Shown: positions 24,595 to 31,692 of the stretch, piece after piece
Layout of the letters: every line of letters starts with the position of its first letter
How positions within the stretch are numbered: the stretch's first letter is position 1
Source of the DNA: a virus
DNA: 31,692 bases
Direction: 5' to 3' (one strand)
IMG/VR virus record: IMGVR_UViG_3300047373_000021
Location: 1-31,692 of that record
The notes under the pieces: generated by a model
What the model saw: the letters and a program-made list of their open reading frames with translations, nothing else
What the model was told of the DNA's origin: nothing
Databases searched by the model: none
Program-made: the position numbers and the translations under genes

Positions 24595-25041
24595 TTATTT
24601 TAAAGGGTTCAATACTGGCACTTGGCTAAGTGTATCTAGGGTTTCTTGTAAGGATTCTATTTCTAGGTTTGGGGTGATTATCTTTTTATCAAAGGTAAAG
24701 TAAGTTTGCGAAGTAGTATTTGGTTTGAAGATAATTCGCTTATGTTCTTGGCTAAAGAAAACGAAAGCAAGAATATCACAATGATAGTTCTTATAAGTCT
24801 CTGACATTGTCCTTGATGTTTCAGATGCAAAAGTGTATTTGCCTTCTTTAGATTCTCTTCTGCTTTTGACTTGGACTGTATATTTTGCATTGGCAAATTC
24901 TACCATTAAATCTGCGGGATGTTTTTCTTGAGTTGAATAGCAAAAGTCAGCGTATTCCAATAAGAATGTTTGTACTAAGGATTCTCCCAAAGCACCAAGT
25001 CTTGAATTACTTTGGTGGTCTTCCGATGTTTTCTTTGCCAT
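24595..25041 (-). CDS. PD-(D/E)XK endonuclease (PDDEXK_5 / I-Ssp6803I-like), free-standing.
   Basis: LGALGESLVQTFLLEY ... HPADLMVEF...KYTVQVKS fits the G..GE ... D ... QVK signature. Confidence 0.6.
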   Translation of the reverse strand: MAKKTSEDHQSNSRLGALGESLVQTFLLEYADFCYSTQEKHPADLMVEFANAKYTVQVKSRRESKEGKYTFASETSRTMSETYKNYHCDILAFVFFSQEHKRIIFKPNTTSQTYFTFDKKIITPNLEIESLQETLDTLSQVPVLNPLK

Positions 25042-25453
25042 CTTTAGTACAAAGTGCTAGTTGTCTTGAATTGTAATTTGCCCTGTTTGGAGTTTGTATA
25101 GCATATTTGCTATCTAATAATTCTTCTGATGCTTCTAACCACATTCCCATTTCCATTAAGGCTCTTGTTCTTCTAAAACCCATAAAACCCTTGATACCCA
25201 TTTGGAATGTCATATCAACACAACAAAGCTGTGCTTTTTCAGGAAAGCTACGCCAAACAGTCCAGTATTCATCAAGCTGACTCATAACTCTTTTGATGTC
25301 ATTATCAAGCAGATACATAGCTTCATCTTCTGTAATACCCCTATCTTGCAAATTCCTACCTACGCCAATAGTCCATTTATCCTCACTACATTGATAAAGG
25401 GTACACATAACCCCTTCATGCCTTACTAGCATTTCTTTAACTTTATCGTACAT
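25007..25453 (-). CDS. Endolysin, T4-type lysozyme (GH24).
   Basis: MYDKVKEMLVRHEGVMCTLYQCSEDKWTIGVGRNL carries an E13-8aa-C22-5aa-T28 catalytic triad variant. The ATG at 25453 follows the holin stop. The longer ORF-track start overlaps the holin gene. Confidence 0.85.
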   Translation of the reverse strand: MYDKVKEMLVRHEGVMCTLYQCSEDKWTIGVGRNLQDRGITEDEAMYLLDNDIKRVMSQLDEYWTVWRSFPEKAQLCCVDMTFQMGIKGFMGFRRTRALMEMGMWLEASEELLDSKYAIQTPNRANYNSRQLALCTKDGKENIGRPPK

Positions 25454-25454
25454 A

Positions 25455-25847
25455 TTATTTGCTATGAACTCCTTTTGTTTTCTCAAAGGTTCTAAGTGAT
25501 GACATCCCAAGTAGGGATAAAAGAATTGTAGTAAGTTGCGAAAAATCAAACTCAAGAGCTTCAAGCTGTAAATCAACCCCGCTAACTACCGCTACCCAAG
25601 TTGCAATAGGCAATAAACAATAATGTACACCCAAAGAAAATGAACAAATCCAAAGAATAGAAGGTCTTGCTCCTGATATAAACCAGTTCCTGTTTTTCGC
25701 TTCTTCAGCATTAAGGCTAATTTGTGCCTTATCAAGCGATATAAGTTCTTTTTGTAGGTCATGTGATAATTGCTCTTTTAAATCTTTATCCTGAACAAAT
25801 TTATCCAAGACATTGTTTGCCACTTCAGCTATTTTTGTAATACTCAT
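25455..25847 (-). CDS. Holin, resembling the 3-TM 'GTA-release' holin family.
   Basis: The soluble N-terminal helix region is followed by ...AQISLNAEEAKNRNWFISGARPSILWICSFSLGVHYCLLPIATWVAVV... plus a further hydrophobic segment. It lies immediately upstream of the lysozyme gene. Confidence 0.65.
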   Translation of the reverse strand: MSITKIAEVANNVLDKFVQDKDLKEQLSHDLQKELISLDKAQISLNAEEAKNRNWFISGARPSILWICSFSLGVHYCLLPIATWVAVVSGVDLQLEALEFDFSQLTTILLSLLGMSSLRTFEKTKGVHSK

Positions 25848-25850
25848 AAA

Positions 25851-26051
25851 TTAAATAAGAAAATCTCTCAGAAGAATCAATAGCATTGATATGACTATTG
25901 TAGTTAGACCGCCTTTAATCCAATTATTCAAACCAGCAATATCATCATCTAGTTTTTCAAAATGCTTAAATGCTGTAGTCCATCTTTCAGAACATTGTAT
26001 TTCATGATTCTTTAGATCGTGTGCTACATCATTAGCGGTCTTTCTAGGCAT
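25851..26051 (-). CDS. Small membrane protein with a C-terminal TM segment (possible lysis accessory or antiholin).
   Basis: 66 aa ending GGLTTIVISMLLILLRDFLI. It is adjacent to the holin gene. Confidence 0.5.
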   Translation of the reverse strand: MPRKTANDVAHDLKNHEIQCSERWTTAFKHFEKLDDDIAGLNNWIKGGLTTIVISMLLILLRDFLI

Positions 26052-26302
26052 TATTCTTCCTCTGTTACTTCCTCAACTTCTGCTTCTTCTATAGTGTCAG
26101 CAAAAGCCTTGACTTGAAGTTCTCTGTAATCAGCAGTAATAACATAGTCTTCATAAGCATCTTGAAGTCTTTGCAGTTTTCTCTGAGCTACGTTTAGTTT
26201 CCCAGCTATATTTGCTTGATCTTCATTTAAGTCTTCAGCTTTAAAGTCTCTACCATTAAAGTTGATGATTACATCATTTTTTACTTCATTCTCTGTACTC
26301 AT
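26051..26302 (-). CDS. Hypothetical acidic protein (83 aa).
   Basis: AGGAGA SD upstream. TAATG overlap with the next gene. Confidence 0.55.
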   Translation of the reverse strand: MSTENEVKNDVIINFNGRDFKAEDLNEDQANIAGKLNVAQRKLQRLQDAYEDYVITADYRELQVKAFADTIEEAEVEEVTEEE

Positions 26303-26338
26303 ATTTCTCTCCTATAAGTTAATAAGTTTCTTAATTTT

Positions 26339-26388
26339 ATTATATATAAATTTACGCCTGTGGCCATATTGCAGATGCAATATATTGC
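26339..26388 (-). promoter_or_regulatory. Candidate promoter (-10 TATAAT at 26339-26344, weak -35 TGGCCA at 26361-26366). It is flanked by three copies of the heptamer GCAATAT/ATATTGC, including a 12-bp perfect palindrome.
   Basis: ATATTGC occurs at 26366-26372 and 26382-26388, and GCAATAT at 26377-26383. The palindrome GCAATATATTGC spans 26377-26388. Confidence 0.35.
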
Positions 26389-26392
26389 CATT

Positions 26393-26749
26393 TTATTCGC
26401 CTATTGTTTTTGTTTCAGTAGTAGGTGTAATTTGCTCATCTATGTTTTCTTTTAAAGATTTTTTTAGATTAGCTACTTCTTCTTCACCCATAATACTTTG
26501 CACCCATCCACTAACTATAGTGTTAGTTAAGTCTGCAAAAGGTATAAAGTCAGAACCAATATCATCTAGTGATAATGATTGAGTGCCATAAGAACTTGCT
26601 GTATATGGTACTTCTTGACCATCTACTTCGTGCTTTTCACTACTTGTTGCGTTTAGTCTCCAATGAACATTGTAAACTGTATCTGTATGTTCCTCGTATT
26701 CAGGATATACATCTACTGTTTTACAGTCCCATGTGTATGTATTTGCCAT
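26393..26749 (-). CDS. Hypothetical protein directly downstream of the fibre gene (possible fibre accessory or assembly protein).
   Basis: 118-aa ORF with a GGAGAA SD, 9 nt after the fibre stop codon. I recognise no family. Confidence 0.55.
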   Translation of the reverse strand: MANTYTWDCKTVDVYPEYEEHTDTVYNVHWRLNATSSEKHEVDGQEVPYTASSYGTQSLSLDDIGSDFIPFADLTNTIVSGWVQSIMGEEEVANLKKSLKENIDEQITPTTETKTIGE

Positions 26750-26758
26750 TTTGTTCTC

Positions 26759-29700
26759 CTATAAAGTTGTTATTATAAATGCTAGGAGTTCATTATATCT
26801 TACTCCTAGTCTTGTTTGCTCGTTACCATCATCATCAGTCCAAGTGCTAGATATAAACATACCATAATCACCTGCATCTAATCCTTCAGCTTCAAAAGCA
26901 TCTTGTAAGTCTTGGGCTATAACACCAAAGTGGTATCTAGCATCATCGCCTTTTTTCTCTACTGCATCTTGCCATCTGAACCTTCTTATTAAACCTTTAC
27001 ATGCTGTAGCTACTCTTTGCTCTGCTTCTGTTAAGGTTTGTATGTCTTGTTTCTCATTTCTATCAGAAGTGTTGATAGTTCCATTGGTTGCGTAAATATC
27101 ATCAAATCTTGAGCCTGAGTTACCTAAGTCCATAGCATTATCTGCTGTGCTACCATCACCCCTACAGGGTAATGCTGCTTCAGTTACTGTATAATCTATA
27201 AATCTAAGACCAAAACCTGCACTACTTGTAGTACCACTTGCAATATACATATCACTACCAGTAGTGCTATTAATACCTATATTACCTTTAGTAGTTCCGC
27301 CAACTTGAACTGCTATGATTTGCCCTGTATCAGATTCACTATCATTTGCTGTTATAACTGGATTATAGGTTTCAGTTTTATTAAAGTTAAATACACCATC
27401 ACCTGTTGCTGTTATAGACCCTGATGTAATATTTCCACTTGGATAAATCGTTGCAGCTTCACTTTCACCTGCTGTTGTACCGCCAACAATAAAGCGACCT
27501 GCTGAGTCTATTCTAGCTGTTTCGCTGTTATTAACATAGAAAGTAATATTTGATGTGCCATTATCATTATTTCTATCAACACCTAATCTTAGTTCAGAGC
27601 TATTTGTATAAAGTTCTGCTGGTGCTGAATCACCAAATCTAATATTACCTGTAGTGTGTAAAGACTCAGTTGGATTAGTTGTGCCTATTCCAACCTTCGC
27701 ACCTTTTAAAGTCATGGTGTCTGTAAAAGCACCATCTGTGAATAGCATAGAATCATTAGAAGCATCATGTTGTATTTTAGCTTTTACACCATCATCTTCT
27801 TCAAAGAATATTGAAGCATCTGAGCCTACTGCATTTGCATTTATAAAAATACTTGCATTACCTGCATTGGTTACTTTCAAAGCACCGCCTGAAACTTCAA
27901 GTTTTGCTGCTGGGATAGCAGTGCCAATTCCAACATTGTTTGAGCTATCAATGTTGATGTTAGCTGCATTGCTTCCTGAATTTCTACCTATACTTAAAAT
28001 ACCACCTTCAGCACTCATATAACCAATAGTGTCATTATCAGCTATTTTTAGTATTGACCTGTTAGTTCTTGATAAGACTTCTAAGGTTGCTATATTACCG
28101 CCTTCGTTATTAATAACTACATTACCTGTTTGACCGCTAGATAAAGTACCAACTGTTAAAGTAGCAGTTGGATTTGTGTTTTTTATACCTAATCTACCTG
28201 AAGCATCGAAACGACCAACTTCTGTATTTTGTGTAAAGAATTTTAGATTTGAACTTAAAGATACCGCTACAATATCTAAATCATCCCTATCACTTGCGTT
28301 AAGTTCAATCCTACCTCTTGTAGTTCCTGCATCAGTTAGGTAGATATTATCTTCTGCTGATATAGCACCTGTAGATGTAACACCACCAACATTAGCTGTT
28401 CCTGCAAGATAAAGGTCTTTGAATCTTGTATCAGACTTACCTAAGTCTATAGCATTATCTCTACCTGCTATAGTTGATGTATTGATAGGATAAATTTTAT
28501 CTTCAGAAGCATTGAAGTAAATTCCAGTATCACCTGTGCCTAGATAAATATTACTAGCAACAGTACCAATACTTCCAACTGATGAGCCATTTTTGCGGAA
28601 TGAAACAATGTCTCCATCGCTATCAAGCCTGTTAAAATATGCAGTAGCATTGTTAGATTTGGCTAATTGTATAGTTCCATCTGATTCAATTACAGTCCCT
28701 GTATTGCCACCTGCACCATTATTCCAAAGGGAGCTATCAGTAGTCCCAACCAACAGATTGCCTGATGAGTCTATCCTTGCTCTTTCACTTCCACCAGTTG
28801 CAAAAGCAATAGTGTTGTCAGTATTAGGATTAAACATACCTGTATCAACATCACCATTAAATGAATAAGCTGGATTAGATGCAACTCTTCCTGAGTTTGT
28901 TGCTTGTATAAATGCTTCTTTAGAGTTACCAACTCCTACTTGCACATTACCATTTACATGAAGCGGTGAAGCTGGCGAAGTCGTATTAATTCCAACCGAA
29001 CCACCAGCTTTAATAGTAACTCTATCTGTTCCACTTTCCCTAATAAAGAAATCAGCATTGTAAGGTTTTAAACTCCATGATGAGGCATACGTACCTGTTC
29101 TAGCTACTGTTAATTCTGCATTACCATCAGGTGCTGAAACGTGTAAAGCTGTGCTTGGCGAACTTGTGCCGATACCCAATTTTCCATTAGTAAATCTAGC
29201 TGTTTCTGAATTATCACTTCCATAGAATCTTTGTGAGCCTGAGCCATCTACTAAAAATCTTGTTTGGCTACTTGAGTCACAAACTTCAAGACCATAAGAA
29301 GTTGAGGAATTAGCATCTGAACCTACGCTTAATGCTACTGCTGCATTGACAGATTTATTAATTCCAACGCTACCACCTGAAGAAATAGTTAGTCTTCTTG
29401 TATTACCTGTTTTTATACCCAATGTATGACTTGTTGTTGTACCAAACTCCATGTCTGTAGTTGAATCTACATACGCAAAGTTTGCCTTAACTGCACCACC
29501 ACTTCTTTGCCATTCAGATAATGCCACATCACCATTAGCTGTATAAGTACCTGTAAATGTTGCTACTGGAGCATTGGCAGTTGAGTTTAAAACATCTATG
29601 CCACCTGCTACATTAGCTATTCCTGTAAGATAAAGGTTTCTAAATCTATTTGCAGATGAACTAAAACCTAAGTCTACTGAGTTATCAGTCTGTGGGTATA

Positions 29701-31692
29701 AGTGATTTGTATTTAAGTTAAGTAGAGCTGCATTACTTGCACCTAATTGTAGGTTAGCATTTGTACCAATAATGGTCATTTTATTAGAACCACCTACACC
29801 AATGCTTCCCACCAAAGAGCTGTCTTTGTATAACGCTAAGATACTGCCATCACTTGATAAACGATTGAGGTAAAGTGCTGTGTTTCCATCTTTTACAAAA
29901 TGCCCACCCCCAACAAGATTACTACCTTGAGTCCCAAAATCTCCGCTAGTTTTACCAACTAGAAACAGACCACTACTATCTATTCTAGCTCTTTCAGAAC
30001 CACCTGTATAAAAACGCATGACTCTTGAAGATGAAGTAGAATTTATAGATACATTAGAGTCACTACCTAAATATAAAGTTCTTCCACTATCTAAACCAAT
30101 ATCTCCAGCAGCAATATCTAGCTTATGACTTGGCGAAGTTATACCAATTCCAACCTTGCCATCACCATTAAATGTAGCCAAAGTAGCATCACTGGAATTA
30201 GCAATTCTTAATGCGTAATGTGAAGATGTGCTACCTGCTGAAACTCTTAAACCATAGTTATCTGCTCTTACCCATGAACCAAGAGTAGTTGCAGATGATG
30301 AAACTACTTTTAATGTAGCATCAACTGAAGTTGCACCTATTCCAACACGACCTGCTGAGTCAATTGTAAATCGTGTAGTATTAGCAGTATCATCATAAAT
30401 ATAAAAATTACCTGTTGAGTTAGATATAAAGGTAAATTCTCTACCGCCACTAGAATTTGTATTAGCTAGTGTAAAAGTAGTTCCTAATGCTGAATTAGAT
30501 GTTGTGGTTATTCTTGAACCATCATAAGTAAAGTTAGCTTCAGCGTTTAATGTATTTGCTGTACCGCTACCTGTAATAATTCTATTATCAGCGTTGTTGT
30601 TAATGGTTGTCCCTTCTGTATCATCATCCGCCCATATAACTTGGCTACCAGTTGAAGGATATTTAAGAACTTGCCCTGCTGAACCACTTGTTGAAGGTAG
30701 GGTGTATTCGTTGTCAACTGTAAAAGAACCTTGAATGTTTATGTTGTTAGCATAAGCTGTTCCTGAAAGGTAGAGGTCTTTAAATTTATTGTTAGTATTA
30801 CCTAAATCTAACAAACCATTACTTACGCCATTTGTTGTAAGATTCCAAGGAGTTATTTGATTTGCATCTGCAACAAATCTTAATCCTGTATCACCAGTAC
30901 CAATAGTTAATCTAGCACTTTGAGTACCAATACTTCCAACTGTTGTACTATCTTTTCTTAAATCTATAATAGTTCCATCAGATGTAAGTCTGTTAAAGTT
31001 AATACATTCACCGCCATCTCTAGTTATATTAGCAAAACCATTAGCACTAAATCTATGACCAGCAACTCCTGTATTACTAGTTGTTCTCCCAACTAACAAA
31101 TTACCGCTACTATCTATCCTAGCTCTTTCTGATGTACCCGCTCTGAGTAGCAAGTTATTGCCTTTAGCACCTATTGCTACAGCAGCAGCACCAAAAGTAC
31201 CTGTTGTGGTGCTATCTTTAAGAGCAATAAACACATTAGTATCAGTAGACTCAACACCTAGAGGAACATTATCTGTACCACCGCTTACATGAAGGTCAAC
31301 TGTTGAGTCGGGTGAGGTTGTGTTTACAGCAACTTTACTAGTATAAGCTGTTCCTGAAAGGTGAAGGTCTTTGAATCTTGAGCTGCTACTGCCTAAATCT
31401 TTAGAACCATCAGCAACACCACCTGTAGATGTTGAAGGTAAGATTGCATTAGAAATTAAATGTATTCCTGAACCACTACCAAGAGGTGTGCCTAAAGCTA
31501 TACCTGTAGATGTTGTAGATATTCTGCCAACTGTTGAGCTATCTTTTCTAAATTGTGTAATTTCTCCATCAGATGTTAAACGATTTAATTTTAAAACATC
31601 TGAACCATCTGCTGTAGCAAACAACAATCCATTTTGTCTGCTTTCAACACCAACATTTGCAATACCTGCTGAAGTCTTACCAACTAATAAAT
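26759..31692 (-). CDS. 3' part of the same giant tail-fibre gene (2,954 aa in total): repeated fibre modules ending in an S74 chaperone domain. Positions 31570-31692 duplicate 1-123.
   Basis: The frame is open to the window end. The TTG 'start' at 31627 in the ORF track is internal. 4054 + 4811 nt = 8865 nt = 2955 codons. Fibre motifs recur (ERARIDSSGNLLVG, NRLSSDGDI..FRK.G..VGSIG, DLG.S..RFK.LYLSG). Confidence 0.85.
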   Translation of the reverse strand, partial: LLVGKTSAGIANVGVESRQNGLLFATADGSDVLKLNRLTSDGEITQFRKDSSTVGRISTTSTGIALGTPLGSGSGIHLISNAILPSTSTGGVADGSKDLGSSSSRFKDLHLSGTAYTSKVAVNTTSPDSTVDLHVSGGTDNVPLGVESTDTNVFIALKDSTTTGTFGAAAVAIGAKGNNLLLRAGTSERARIDSSGNLLVGRTTSNTGVAGHRFSANGFANITRDGGECINFNRLTSDGTIIDLRKDSTTVGSIGTQSARLTIGTGDTGLRFVADANQITPWNLTTNGVSNGLLDLGNTNNKFKDLYLSGTAYANNINIQGSFTVDNEYTLPSTSGSAGQVLKYPSTGSQVIWADDDTEGTTINNNADNRIITGSGTANTLNAEANFTYDGSRITTTSNSALGTTFTLANTNSSGGREFTFISNSTGNFYIYDDTANTTRFTIDSAGRVGIGATSVDATLKVVSSSATTLGSWVRADNYGLRVSAGSTSSHYALRIANSSDATLATFNGDGKVGIGITSPSHKLDIAAGDIGLDSGRTLYLGSDSNVSINSTSSSRVMRFYTGGSERARIDSSGLFLVGKTSGDFGTQGSNLVGGGHFVKDGNTALYLNRLSSDGSILALYKDSSLVGSIGVGGSNKMTIIGTNANLQLGASNAALLNLNTNHLYPQTDNSVDLGFSSSANRFRNLYLTGIANVAGGIDVLNSTANAPVATFTGTYTANGDVALSEWQRSGGAVKANFAYVDSTTDMEFGTTTSHTLGIKTGNTRRLTISSGGSVGINKSVNAAVALSVGSDANSSTSYGLEVCDSSSQTRFLVDGSGSQRFYGSDNSETARFTNGKLGIGTSSPSTALHVSAPDGNAELTVARTGTYASSWSLKPYNADFFIRESGTDRVTIKAGGSVGINTTSPASPLHVNGNVQVGVGNSKEAFIQATNSGRVASNPAYSFNGDVDTGMFNPNTDNTIAFATGGSERARIDSSGNLLVGTTDSSLWNNGAGGNTGTVIESDGTIQLAKSNNATAYFNRLDSDGDIVSFRKNGSSVGSIGTVASNIYLGTGDTGIYFNASEDKIYPINTSTIAGRDNAIDLGKSDTRFKDLYLAGTANVGGVTSTGAISAEDNIYLTDAGTTRGRIELNASDRDDLDIVAVSLSSNLKFFTQNTEVGRFDASGRLGIKNTNPTATLTVGTLSSGQTGNVVINNEGGNIATLEVLSRTNRSILKIADNDTIGYMSAEGGILSIGRNSGSNAANINIDSSNNVGIGTAIPAAKLEVSGGALKVTNAGNASIFINANAVGSDASIFFEEDDGVKAKIQHDASNDSMLFTDGAFTDTMTLKGAKVGIGTTNPTESLHTTGNIRFGDSAPAELYTNSSELRLGVDRNNDNGTSNITFYVNNSETARIDSAGRFIVGGTTAGESEAATIYPSGNITSGSITATGDGVFNFNKTETYNPVITANDSESDTGQIIAVQVGGTTKGNIGINSTTGSDMYIASGTTSSAGFGLRFIDYTVTEAALPCRGDGSTADNAMDLGNSGSRFDDIYATNGTINTSDRNEKQDIQTLTEAEQRVATACKGLIRRFRWQDAVEKKGDDARYHFGVIAQDLQDAFEAEGLDAGDYGMFISSTWTDDDGNEQTRLGVRYNELLAFIITTL
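26762..27067 (-). other. Peptidase S74-type intramolecular chaperone (auto-cleaving) domain at the C-terminus of the fibre.
   Basis: The last 102 aa begin SDRNEKQDIQTL... and contain YHFGVIAQDLQDAF. This matches the SD.r.K ... G.iAQ pattern of the endosialidase / T5 pb1 C-terminal chaperone domain. Confidence 0.75.
31570..31692. repeat. Second copy of the 123-bp terminal direct repeat (equals 1-123).
   Basis: Exact identity with the window start. Confidence 0.95.

Noticed and set aside
24678-24896. A nested minus-strand ORF (72 aa) inside the PD-(D/E)XK endonuclease gene.
   Set aside because: It is an alternative frame of a gene that has clear motifs, and it has no independent support.
25454-25576. 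A 41-aa N-terminal extension of the lysozyme ORF (MIYSLKLLSLIFRNLL...) as a possible SAR/signal-anchor domain.
   Set aside because: It overlaps the holin gene's 3' end in another frame. It is not Gly/Ala-rich like SAR domains. The ATG at 25453 sits 1 nt after the holin stop and gives a canonical T4-lysozyme N-terminus.
26759-31569. A diversity-generating retroelement or other targeted hypervariation acting on the fibre repeats.
   Set aside because: No reverse transcriptase gene is present anywhere in the circle. The differences between repeat copies involve all base types rather than being adenine-specific. No template/variable repeat pair of the expected length exists.
1-31692. tRNA genes, an integrase/attP, a CI/Cro-type switch, a DNA polymerase and defence-system cores.
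   Set aside because: I scanned the few non-coding gaps (13473-13560, 15827-15924, 18673-18813, 22234-22373, 24548-24594, 26303-26392) and all ORF translations. None shows tRNA-like GC-rich stems or the corresponding protein motifs.

Overview
This AT-rich window appears to be one complete tailed-phage (siphovirus-type) genome. Bases 1-123 are identical to 31570-31692, so the unique circle is 31,569 bp. Every gene I can support is on the minus strand. Packing is very tight, with at least 11 TAATG and 3 ATGA stop/start overlaps. In transcription order (descending coordinates) the genes are as follows. Head module: terS and a lambda GpA-type terL, a gpW-like protein, a lambda-type portal, a 772-aa fusion (unknown N-domain + HK97-type S78 prohead protease + HK97-fold major capsid), and connector proteins. 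Tail module: major tail protein, a G/GT chaperone pair with an A8 -1 slippery run, tape measure, and two tail-tip proteins. Next comes a giant 2,954-codon gpJ-like tail-tip/fibre gene that crosses the window junction (4054->1, then 31569->26759). Its first 4 kb is missing from the supplied ORF track because it has no stop codon inside the window. Then: lysis cassette (3TM holin, GH24 lysozyme), a PD-(D/E)XK endonuclease, a near-consensus sigma70-like promoter, and a block of small early ORFs. Replication/recombination module: RecE-type exonuclease, RHH regulator, resolvase-like nuclease, SSB-like protein, and a TOPRIM primase / RepA-type helicase. Finally: an iteron-like CCAAACC array (candidate ori), a PAPS-reductase-like PP-loop enzyme, DUF3310, a small HTH protein and a gpZ-like protein. 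I saw no integrase, CI-type repressor, DNA polymerase, tRNA, CRISPR array or reverse transcriptase. All functional calls come from motif recognition by eye, with no database search. The holin type and the GTA-like tail gene order hint at an alphaproteobacterial host (inference only).
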